Shown here: positions 24,477 to 34,883 of the stretch, piece by piece
How positions within the stretch are numbered: position 1 is the first letter of the stretch
How the letters are laid out: every line of letters begins with the position of its first letter
Assembly: GCA_051294375.1 (NCBI GenBank)
Contig: JBJCIZ010000016.1
Coordinates: 31,726-95,725, forward strand
Origin: Paraspadella gotoi
Taxonomy: Eukaryota > Animalia > Chaetognatha
Direction: 5' to 3'
Length of the DNA stretch: 64,000 nucleotides
Notes under the pieces: model-generated
Databases searched by the model: none
Told to the model about the DNA's origin: nothing
Seen by the model: only the letters and a program-made list of their open reading frames with translations
Made by a program: the position numbers and the translations under genes

Positions 24477-27220
24477 ATTACTATTTGATTATTCACTTTC
24501 GTTCCACGATACGGACCGGAGATGTTGCCACCCGTGTTCGACGCGCATGGCGTTCGGCGGGATCACGACGGGGTGTTCTAAGATATCAGGTGGGGGAATT
24601 TGGGGTTCTCCCGAACAGACGGCACAATGTCAATTAAAACAGAGCCCTCAATGATCTCATTTTCCTCAACTTCTTCGTCTACATACGCGTTATATTCCTC
24701 ATCAGTAATGATAATGGGACAAGACCTCAATCGCCCGGTACCGAATTAACAAGCCCTCATCAAGCAGTGCTATTACGCGATCGGTTCAATACAGGCATGT
24801 GCCAACAATGAAAGTGCAAGATCCAGTGAACAATGTCCGGACCGGTCTCCTCGACCGTTCGGCCCGCTGGATAGTCTGAACCTCCGAAGAAATTTTGGCT
24901 TCATTGTATAGTTTTTCGAATTTGTTAATTCAATTACTGTAATTCTTTCACAAACCGTCTAACTCCTCGCTCATTTTGATTATCTTTTTATTAAAAACCT
25001 GGTTTTATGGCCAAAGTTTCTTCGTCGTCATCACGTGACGATGGCATTTTTTTTTTCCAACTCACTTTGCGTAGTCTTCGGCTCCGGCCCGTACTTAACA
25101 GCCCGGTCACAATAGACCGTGCTCAGAGTTAGAAAAAATGGTGGTATCGGCGGGTCCCAGTTAGCGGCCCCATTTACTCAGACACCTTTAATCACAGTTC
25201 ACAGTAAAACGCAATTCAAGGCGTTTGATTTAGACCCAGAACAAGGAAGCCAAGTCCTCCAGCCCCGGGCTGCTTTGGCTAATTTTATAATTAGTTTGAT
25301 GACTTTAAGTTTTTAATATTTAGTACTGTCTTAGTTAGCCTCAGCTGGAATTATATCTATCTCCAAAACGCCAAGTTGATAACGTAATTGTGTTGATGTA
25401 ATCGTCATTGATGAGGATTGGTGAGTTGATGTGGTTGTTTAAAGAACTTTAACAATTAATTATCATTTTTCAAATAATTAATTCCTCACAATCATTTCTT
25501 ATTTCATACTTAGTAAGCGTCTTCAGGGGAGTGTAGAAAAATATCTTAATATCTTCCATTAACGGCGAAACCTGGGTTCATTTTGACAGTACTAGCTTTT
25601 CTAAATGGTGGCAACGAACTAACAATGATCAGTATTTACATAACGACGCCAAGTATTGCACTGCGTACGACCTCTCTTTACACCAATACAATATATTTAG
25701 TTTAGTGTCTTGCCAAGCGGCTTAGCTATTTCGCTTGTTAAAATTATCCCATTAAAAAGTCCTAAAGCAACTTTTAGTAGAGGCTTTAATTTGCACCTGA
25801 AGACGAGGTTAACTTACCATTATTATTTGACATCTGGATAGTTCAGTGTCTGAACTTTCCAAATCTGGGGGAACAAAGGCGTAGTTTTCCTGGTTTCATC
25901 GTGAAATTTATTATTTAATGGAACTGGTTTCGCTGTTTTCGCTGTTTTTCGCTGTTTTCGTAACTCGTCGCTCCTCGTCGCTACTAGTCGCTTTTGAAAT
26001 TTTTCCACCGCCTAATCATCTAATGCGTGATCAGGTCCTCGTTCAAAACCAAATTTCTCGTGTTATCGTGTCTCAATATCACTTTTCTAACAGTTGCCAT
26101 GGAAATTTCGGGACCCTCTTCATTCGCCACGTGTTTTTTTTAATTAATTTTCATTTTCTGCACCGCCAAGGTCGCCATCGCCGCCATCGACTTGTGAAAA
26201 ACGTGAAAACATTTGGTGGGGCAAAGCGAGCACCGCTGAAATTAACTTTTTCAACGCCTCTCTGTGGCTCTCTTAATTTTCATTTTCCGTGCCGCGATGA
26301 CCACCGCAGCCGCGACGAAACGAAAAAATCCATCAGAAATTTGACGCTTGTCTAGTGTCACATGTATACCATGATGGAAAAAAAAATTGTTACAGCAACT
26401 GTTTAACTATTATTTATTTTTTATATATATATATTTTTTTAATATATTTTAATTAAAATAATATTATTAAAAAGATTATTATTTTTATTAAAATTGATTA
26501 AATGATAAATTTTAATTCATATGTTTAAAAAAGAATGGTATTAAAAATTATAAAATTTAATTTTTTTAAAAATAAATATATTTTTATCTTTGGATACATT
26601 AATATATTAAAAGTTTTGATTAATAGTTTTTAAGACCTGTTATGTTATTATTTTGTAAGTATGAAAAAGGTTTTAAACTACTAAAGTCGGTCCAAAATCA
26701 GGGATAAAATAGTTTATTTATTAAATAAATGGATAAATTTTATATTGGTTGTATCAATTTTATAAAAAAATAAAAAAATAATAAAAAATTTAAGATTATA
26801 TTTTATTGCTTTGTGCAGTAAAGTGGAGCAGTTAAAAATTTTAAAAAATATTTGGGTAATTAAATAAAGATATTTCAATGTGAGATAGTATGATTAACTA
26901 TAATAAAAAATATTTTGTTCATATAATCTTGGGAATAAAATAATAAAATTAAAAATATTTTTATAAAATAGTAAATTTAAAAAAAAAATTGTTTTAAACT
27001 TTTAATAAAGATTTAGATTCTTCTTAAAAAGTTCAATAAAAAAAAAGTGTTATTAAAAATATAAAAAAATTAATATTTGGGGGAAATAAAAAATTAGGAT
27101 TTTTTTATTCTTTCTAATATAAATTTATATATGTTAAAACTTTTATCATTTTTTGTGGTTTAAATATTGAGGCAAAATAGTTTTTGTTTTACAACGAATT
27201 TTTTTATTTTTCATAGAAAA

Positions 27221-27263
27221 AATGGACATGTTTCGGCTTTAGTTGCAAGCCTTCTTCAGCGTC
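27221..27263 (-). ncRNA. Minimal type I hammerhead ribozyme (left arm of a palindrome)
   Basis: Inverted copy of the ribozyme at 27328-27370, inside the palindrome at about 27165-27425. Confidence 0.8.
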
Positions 27264-27327
27264 AAACAATTTGTGTTTTCACAAATTTTCACAAATTTCA
27301 CAAATTCACAAATTTCACAAATTGTTT

Positions 27328-27370
27328 GACGCTGAAGAAGGCTTGCAACTAAAGCCGAAACATGTCCGTT
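27328..27370 (+). ncRNA. Minimal type I hammerhead ribozyme (Penelope-like)
   Basis: GACG CUGAAGA A GGCUU-gcaacua-AAGCC GAAA CAU GUC CGUU. Confidence 0.85.
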
Positions 27371-28780
27371 TTTTCTATAAAAAATAAAAAATTCGTTGTA
27401 AAACAAAAACCATTTTGCCTCAATACACAGAACAACGAAAGGAAAGGTTATTACCAATAGGTTTAAATATTAAAATATAATATAATATTTTTTTAGCGAG
27501 TTTAAATTAGAGCCAAACTTTATCAATGAGGTAAGTCTGAAGTTTGATTTTAAAACCTTCCCAAATAAAACTTTATATATTTCTAAAAAAATTTTAATTG
27601 GACTAAAATTTTTTAAAATAGCAAGAAGCATTAATAATTAATTTTTAATATTAATTTATAGATAGGAAATATTAAAAAATTTTTATTTGAATTTTATATT
27701 TTTAAAAACAGATTCAGGTAACTTATGGGGTAGTTAAGGTAATTGAGTAATATTTTTTTTATTTTTTTTTCAAAATAAGTATTTTCAAATAGTTTTTATT
27801 ATTGTTATTATTATATTTTAATAATAAGTGGGTTAAAATTAAAAAAAACTTAAAAAAATTATTATCATTATTTTTATTAATAAAATATTAATATTTTAAA
27901 AAGTTATAATATAATTTTTGTTTAACTTTTTAAGCTTTATTAGAATCAATTAAAAAAATTTAAAATAATTTTTTTATATTATATGATTTTATTAAGATAT
28001 TACTACATAATTTAATTTATTGTACTATTATGTTTAAATTTTTTAAAAAGTATTTAAAGTTTATTAATTATATATCCATGGGTAGTAAAAAAATGTTCAA
28101 TCGCTCAATCTTTTTATAATTCTACCCTATTGTGCAGTAATAATAAATTTTTTATAAAAAATTAATTTTTTTTATTATTTTTTAAAAATTATTTTTTATT
28201 ATAAATCCAATAAAATATCTAATTCTATAAAATATTTTTTATAATTTTTTTATATTAATGATTAAATAATAATTATAAAATTATTATAATTAATATAAAA
28301 ATTATTTTTTCATCTAATAAATAAATTATTTTTTCTTTAATTTTGGATAGGTTTTGGTGGTTTAAAACTTGTATCACTTTTATAAAATAATGATATAAGG
28401 TTAAAAATAAATTAAGATTAAATTTAAGTTAAGAAACCGTGACAATTTTTTTTCCATCATGGTAGATAATTTTCCATTCTGCCGTCATTACATCGTCTTA
28501 GACATTACATCGTGTTCGTGTCATCCTCTCCATTTTAGGACCTTGTTGCAGCATCGTTCTTGGTAAGCATAACTTCCTTTTGTTTTAAATTTTTTGCATT
28601 TTATTTCTATATGTAATCATATTTTCTGGTGAGGCAGTAGAAAAATGTTTTATGCCCCTTCAATGACTCCATTTTAATCTCAGCCCTTACGTTTTTTTTT
28701 TGGTATAGCACAAGGTAAATATAGTTATTTTCTCGGTTACTGTGCCACTTTTTTGAAATTTAGGTTTATTCTCAACCTAG

Positions 28781-30061
28781 TTCTTCGTCACCCTGACTGT
28801 CCGTGTCCGCAATGGCGTCTGCCTCGTCGTTCTCATTAGCATTACTGTCTTCCTTGCTATATTAGTTTGGTAAGTTTTGAAAATTAACACAATTAATTTT
28901 ATGTAGTAATCGATTTGTGATAGTTTAGGGTTAGGGGTGGTTAAGGTTAAAAGGGTTAGGGATTAGGTAATATTTTTTTTCATTTTTTTTTGTAAATAAG
29001 TACTTTTAAGTGGTTTTTCAAAAGCCGCCAAAACTGCGGTAGGCGAAAGTAAAATTTAGCCTATTATTATTCTCCTCTTCGATCTTAATGCGGCCCTTTC
29101 CCTTTTTAAGTCAGATTTTGTAAAGTGGAGATCCTGATTATTATTATTAGTAAGAAAGTAAATAAAATCGCCGGCCGAATTCTTTAAAAATTCCAATGCC
29201 CGCTAAGAAATATTTTGCTCCCTCTGTGCAAACGCCGGTCGCCAAACGTTACCTTATTTAGAAGTATTTTAAGAATTATTTACTTTACAAATGTAAACCA
29301 AATTTTCTCTCTCTCGCCGTATAAAAATGAATGCCACTTTGTACAATTAGCCAATTCGATTCCATTCGCTTTTCTGATTTCAATAAATCGATTCATCTCA
29401 TTTTGTTTGCCATTTTTATCTCGACCACCTCCACTGTAAATTGTCCTCAAAAAAGGATTATTATTCTCCTCTTCGATCTTAATGCAATGTTTTCCATTTT
29501 TAAATCAGTTTTTGTAAAGTGAACTAATATTGTACTCAAAATAGAATTATTTATTAATTTATTTTATTAATTTATTTTATTAATTTTTTATTTATTAATT
29601 TATTAATTCTCTCTCTCCAGAAAATTGGATTATGGAAAGACATCCGCATCATCCGCCAGAGAGTCCGCGCTGTGTTCCTCGCCTTCTCCCTTGCATTGAT
29701 GACGGGGTCTCACTCGCGGATGCAATGACGGCGGCCATCGACGTGCATGACCATCAACCAGCACCACATCCTCTTTGGCCGCCATTTCCGCCTCCTCAAC
29801 CGGCACCTCCACCTTCTTGGCTGCAACCAACAGTCGCATCCCAGCTGGCGCCGCCATCATTCCCCAGATAGGCGGCAACGAGACAAAAATCTTACGCGGC
29901 GGCCTGCGCTGCGGCGCCAACTTGGAGTCGCCACCCGCCACCGCCACGAACAGAAAAACATGACTGGAGTCCTAGACCACGCCCTCCACAACGCCAAGAA
30001 GATTGTCCTTCAGACTTTTTTCGGGGGGCGAGGATATGGCGACGAAGGTTTCGTCTCTTAG
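28781..30061 (+). other. Possible exons of an unidentified spliced gene or pseudogene
   Basis: GC-richer islands bounded by ctAG...GTAAGT (28781-28869) and ctctctccAG (29620), with an aataaa at about 30102. No coherent frame or recognisable product. Confidence 0.2.
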
Positions 30062-30439
30062 TCTCTCAACGATTGAACATGTCTGTCAATAACTATTGTG
30101 AAATAAATGTATTTAATTGCTTCTACATTAAAGCGTAGTAAAAATTTTTAATTTAACTTTAATTAAAATTCTAAAAGTGAGGAACAAACAACATTATACT
30201 AATGCACATTTAAGTATAAAAAAAATTTTTAATAAATTTTACAATTTACGTAGTAGGCCATATTTATACTAGTACTAATCCAATAAATGTTAAAATTTCA
30301 AAATAGTTTTTTGTAAGATTTTTTGGCAGATTTGGATTCGTCATGAAAAGTTGATATAAAGAAATATAACTCTTTTTTAAAAATTCCATTATTAAGTTGA
30401 TCAAATATCAGAAAAACCTATATTTTAAGCAGAAAATTA

Positions 30440-30560
30440 TTTTAGCGAAAACAAAGTTTAGAGTTTGTACTACAACGATTTTTTATTTAAGTAGTACAAA
30501 CTCTAAACTTTGTTTTCGCTAAAACACCAAAACACAACGAAACGAAAGGAATACCACATT
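30440..30560. repeat. Hairpin with 35-bp arms followed by the tail shared by the hammerhead-bearing family
   Basis: ttttagcgaaaacaaagtttagagtttgtactac is mirrored at 30491-30524 and followed by cacaacgaaacgaaaggaa, as at about 27430, 31510-31530 (-) and 32555-32575 (-). Confidence 0.7.
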
Positions 30561-31691
30561 AAAGCAGAAAATTAAAATTTCTATGTTAAAACTTAAATAT
30601 ATTTTTTTTAAATTTTTAACCCACTTATTAAAAGAATTTTTAAAAATGATTTATGGAGAACGTTTTAGGTCATGTGGGTCATGTCACTGACCACCGTGGT
30701 AACTGGTGGTTGATTTGCCACTGACTTTACACTGAGGACACTAAGGCCAACTTTCGGTTATAAAAGCCGACAAGCTTACGACGTACAAACAACTCGAAAT
30801 CTCTTTAATACTTTCTCGTTCACCGTTATAATTGTTAGACATTGTGTATAGAATATCAATTTCGTTGTGTTTTTAGATTTGATATTAATATCAAATAAAA
30901 TTTGTTGACAAAAACAAATAAATTGTTTTTTTCCAAATTGTTTATGTTAAACTCTTTGTACATTTTATTAAATGTATCTTTGTTTAAACCCGTCTTATTA
31001 TATCAATTATTCACGTCGCCATAATGGTGATTCCTCGACTTTAAGAATAAATTACTCAACCTTCCCAAAACAAACCTTGAAGCAAGAATGACCATTCACC
31101 GCAAAGTTCTATTTTTAAATAGTTGTTTTATAAATGATTATAACTGTTTAATGCCTTGATAATTAAAGCTGTTAATTTTCTGAGATCCTGTTGGTTATCC
31201 GTTTCTTCTGTGCACCCTCAGCAGCAATTGAACACGTCCTGGACTTGCCACTAGGTTTGGGGGTTTTCCAAGCCCACCAAAGCAGTTTACTGCCATCCTC
31301 ATGATTCCCGCCGGGTTGGTACCATTTGAGATCGAATTGGGTACCTCATGATCATGAGGTGATGGTAACACAATGATCTACCGGGTCACAACTGAAAGTG
31401 TAATGCTTATTGGCGGCTTGAACTTGAAGCAATGCAGATAGTGAAAGTCACCACCCTCGTCCCTCAACCCAATTGCTGACCGTTTAAAAATTATAACATC
31501 AAAATATTGTTTTTCCTTTTATTTCGTTGCGTTATTTGTTTGAGGTGGAAAATGAATATTGTTTACGTACAAGTTTTATTAAGAAACAAAGTTCGGACAC
31601 GTTTTGGCTTCAATCAGCTTAAAAATATTGATTTGTGAAACAAATATTTTTACAGACTCTCTCTCTTCAAACTTCAAATCAATTCATTTTT

Positions 31692-31732
31692 GCCCTGATG
31701 AAGGCTTACATTGAAGCCGAAACATGTCCGAA
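31692..31732 (+). ncRNA. Minimal hammerhead ribozyme with a weak stem I
   Basis: CUGAUGA A GGCUU-acauug-AAGCC GAAA CAU GUC. A decayed inverted partner lies at about 31590-31620. Confidence 0.7.
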
Positions 31733-32010
31733 ATTTATGTTTAATTTTTTACCTCAAACATAAAAATAACAATTAAAATAAATTTAAAATAAATATTAAT
31801 TATTAAATTTAAAAAATTGTATTACTGCACAAAAAGGTGTATATTACTGTGAAAACTGAGACTCGACGGACGAGAGAAAACAAAATTAAATGGATTAACA
31901 AAACACCGACCGCTGGTACCTAAAGTTGGTTGCGGACATCGAATAGTAAAGTTACCCGATTTAATAATCTTTTAAATCTTTTATTAAGATGCAGGACAGT
32001 TTGAAACAAC

Positions 32011-32265
32011 TGTGGAGGACGGTCGACGACTATTATGGTCGACGATTCGACCGGCCTTTTCGTCCCCGTTGGGTCACTTGATATGACCGACGTTTCTCTC
32101 TCTTTCTCTCTCTTTCTGACTCATGCTCTCCTCCTTATAAGTTGACCCCGTTGGACGATATTCTCTCTCTAATAAACCTTTCATTGTTATGAACTATTCT
32201 CACATTGTACATCGTAATAAATGTATATTATCATAAACATCGTCTCCTTTTCCAACGTCGCCATA
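32011..32265 (+). mobile_element. Solo LTR with a 4-bp target-site duplication
   Basis: CAAC|tgtggaggacg...cgtcgccata|CAAC, with imperfect inverted ends, a tataag box and two AATAAA signals. Confidence 0.65.
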
Positions 32266-32343
32266 CAACCTCATTTTTATCTACAGAGTATTCATTCTTT
32301 TTAAAATTATCTACTTGTTCATATTATTTTTTTAATTGATTTA

Positions 32344-32548
32344 AAAGTAATTTATTGAATAAATAGCAATAATTTTGTTCTGGTTTCATGATTCAATCGC
32401 TTACAATTTATGATGACATTACCATCTATTTATAACATTTGCATGTCCTTTATTTATTTTGATATTTAAATTCCATTATTTCAGGTTGTAAGAAATTGAA
32501 TCATTAAGCCAGAAAAAAATTATTGCTATTTATTCAATAAATTACTTT
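32344..32548. mobile_element. Small MITE-like foldback with inverted ends of about 60 bp
   Basis: aaagtaatttattgaataaatagcaataattt...cttacaa is mirrored at about 32487-32548. Confidence 0.65.
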
Positions 32549-32634
32549 GTTATAATTTCCTTTCTTTCGTTGCGTTTGGGACATAGGAAAAAGTTTAAAT
32601 TGTGATTCAGCAACGAATTTATTTAATAATAATA

Positions 32635-32675
32635 AACGGACTTGTTTCGGTTCGGTTTACGAACCTTCTTCAGCG
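32635..32675 (-). ncRNA. Minimal type I hammerhead ribozyme (Penelope-like)
   Basis: Minus strand reads GCG CUGAAGA A GGUUCG-uaaac-CGAACC GAAA CAA GUC CGU. The flank is homologous to the flank of the 14249 copy. Confidence 0.8.
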
Positions 32676-32781
32676 CAGTTAAGGACAGTTGTGAATTATT
32701 TCATTATTTGGTGCATAAAGAAGGGAGAGAGAGAGGGAAAGAGAGAGAGAGGGCAAAGTTTTCCAACTCAGACTCAGAGTT

Positions 32782-33478
32782 GAGAAAGGACAGTGGTTGA
32801 ATGTGTGAGGACAGGTTAAGTTAGAGACAGAGATATTGATTTTTTTGGAGGGTAGGTGAAATGAAATGGTGAAAGGAGTGAGAGAGAGAGAGAATACATT
32901 ATACAATGTACAAACAGTAAAAATAGTTTAGGCTAAAATAACAATTAACTGTTAATAAATTAAATTGGTGGGTTTAAAGTAGTCGGCAGTCGGCAGGCGT
33001 ACCAGGCCAGAGAGAGAGTAGCTTTAGGAATTTTCCCGCAAGGAAGCCTTCCAAGTCCTGCACACATAAGCTCAACAACATTGTCATCTCATCCACTGAC
33101 ACGTCTATGACCCGACATCATCGTTTTTATCCTTCATTTGCATAAAACAAAGAGGGCCAGCTCATTTTGAGCTCTTAATTCTTATACTTTCACTTTACTA
33201 AAAACTTAGCTATCCCTCAAAAACTAATCTTTCAAAATTTCATTTTCTTTTTCTACTTAAACAAAAAACTACTTTAAACCCACCAATTTAATTTATTAAC
33301 AGTTAATGTTATTTTAGCCTAAACTATTTTTACTGTTTGTACATTGTATAAAGTATTGTCTCTCTCTCTCTCAGTCCTTTCACCATTTCATTTCACCATT
33401 TCATTTCACCTCCAAAAAATTCAATATCTCTGTCTCTAACTTAACCTGTCCTCACACATTCAACCACTGTCCTTTCTC
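32782..33478. repeat. Inverted repeat with arms of about 200 bp next to the 32635 hammerhead
   Basis: 32782-32985 is mirrored at about 33268-33478. Confidence 0.85.
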
Positions 33479-33479
33479 T

Positions 33480-33665
33480 ATGGTGGACTAAAATCCACCA
33501 ACCGTTCATCAGCGGCCATTGGTGCCGGAGGCAAGTAATTCGCTTCCCAACCCAAAGGTCCGGGGTTCTAGCCCGGTGGCCGCCTAGCAGTTAAGAGGGA
33601 CGGGGCGCTTAACCCGCCTGTAACAGTTAGTTACAGCCTGATCCGAAGCTCAGGGACTGCTTATA
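33480..33665 (+). mobile_element. tRNA-derived SINE with a structured tail, copy 1
   Basis: Acceptor-like GCGGCCA/TGGCCGC, T-arm CCGGG-GTTCTAG-CCCGG and a CCC anticodon-like loop with a non-pairing anticodon stem. A second copy lies at 55800-55987. Confidence 0.7.
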
Positions 33666-33849
33666 TTGAACGGTTCTGTCATTAATACTTATCAATAATT
33701 ACTGTCTCTTCATAACATTAGTTATTCAAATTATGTATAGTTATTATAGCATGTTAGTATAATCATGTAAAACAAATGAACATAATGACTATTTATATTT
33801 TACTAGATCATACTTGTAGTAGTCTTATGTTTTCCATCATTCTAACATC

Positions 33850-34396
33850 TTCTTGCTTTCTCACAAAGGATCTTTTCCAAATGATGGATGTTTATTATTT
33901 CAGTATTAATGTTTGATTGAAAAATGTATTAAATAGAAATGTTATAAATTCTAAGCAATCAAAAAAGCTTACAAAATATGATTTAGGTACAGATTTGTCC
34001 TATTTTTGAAAAACTTGTTTTGTACATGGCCACATGGCCTTTATGCAGATGTAATAATAATCATAGATAAGTATTCGGCTAACTACTATTGCAGCACTTG
34101 TTAAAGTGCTAGTGTTAGGAGGAGAGTTACGAGTGATTAAAGTAAACCCTTCTGTTGCCCGGCAAAGTTCGAAAATAGATTTTAACATATGGACGATAGG
34201 ACGAATGTAGAGAAAGGTTTTTAAAGCTGTGATTTGTAAAACTGTACCTCACCAAGATACAAAAAAAAATGAATGAGCTATGTCTATAGCTCATTCATTT
34301 TTATTGGTCAGGTACAGTTTTACAAATCACAGCTTTAAAAACCTTTCTCTACATTCGTCCTATCGTCCATATATTAAAATCTATTTTCGAACTTTG
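33850..34396 (-). mobile_element. CR1/L2-like LINE 3' fragment with a foldback
   Basis: Minus-strand LYIRPIVHMLKSIFELCRATEG loosely resembles the post-RT VRPxLEY...RAT region. The palindrome at about 34163-34396 is centred near 34284. Confidence 0.4.
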
Positions 34397-34883
34397 TCTG
34401 TAGCCAAACTTTAAATTTCTATTCTTTCAAAACACATATTTATTATTTTTTTCATCATTTTGTTTTATAGAAAAGTTAATTTTTTTCTCTTAATTGATCT
34501 GCGAATTCATTGATTTTAAATTCGTATTAGATTAACTTCATTCTCCCATGTTATCAGACTTTTTAAATACAATCCAAATTTATGAGGACCCGAACGCGCT
34601 ATTTTAGTTTACCGCCTCTCCGCTCAATCGTTCGCGGCTTAAATAAAAAGAACTACGAAGCGAGCGCTAGTTCAAATTTAGTGGAACCAAAAAAATTATT
34701 TTTCGATCGCGAATCTGTTTTGCGAAGAGGGACGAAAAAACGGCGGTTTTTGCCTGCATTTCTAAACGCGTTGGCCGATTGACTTGAAATTTTGCATGCG
34801 CAATATTGACATCATTTCCTATCGATCGATATAAAAATATATAGAATAATGCCACGAACGGCGAAACTACATGCATATCTATT

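Larger units (their letters stand above)
26369..28462. mobile_element. Non-autonomous TIR DNA transposon of about 2.1 kb with TA flanks
   Basis: TA-ccatgatggaaaaaaaaattgttacag at the left end and ccgtgacaatt...ttccatcatgg-TA at the right end. The interior is extremely AT-rich. Confidence 0.7.

Noticed and set aside
25797-25820. CTGAAGA as another hammerhead core (also at about 55372)
   Set aside because: No stem II followed by GAAA and an NUH triplet.
33511-33584. Functional tRNA-Gly(CCC) gene
   Set aside because: The D and anticodon stems do not pair properly, and it is part of a longer dispersed repeat, so it is called a SINE head.
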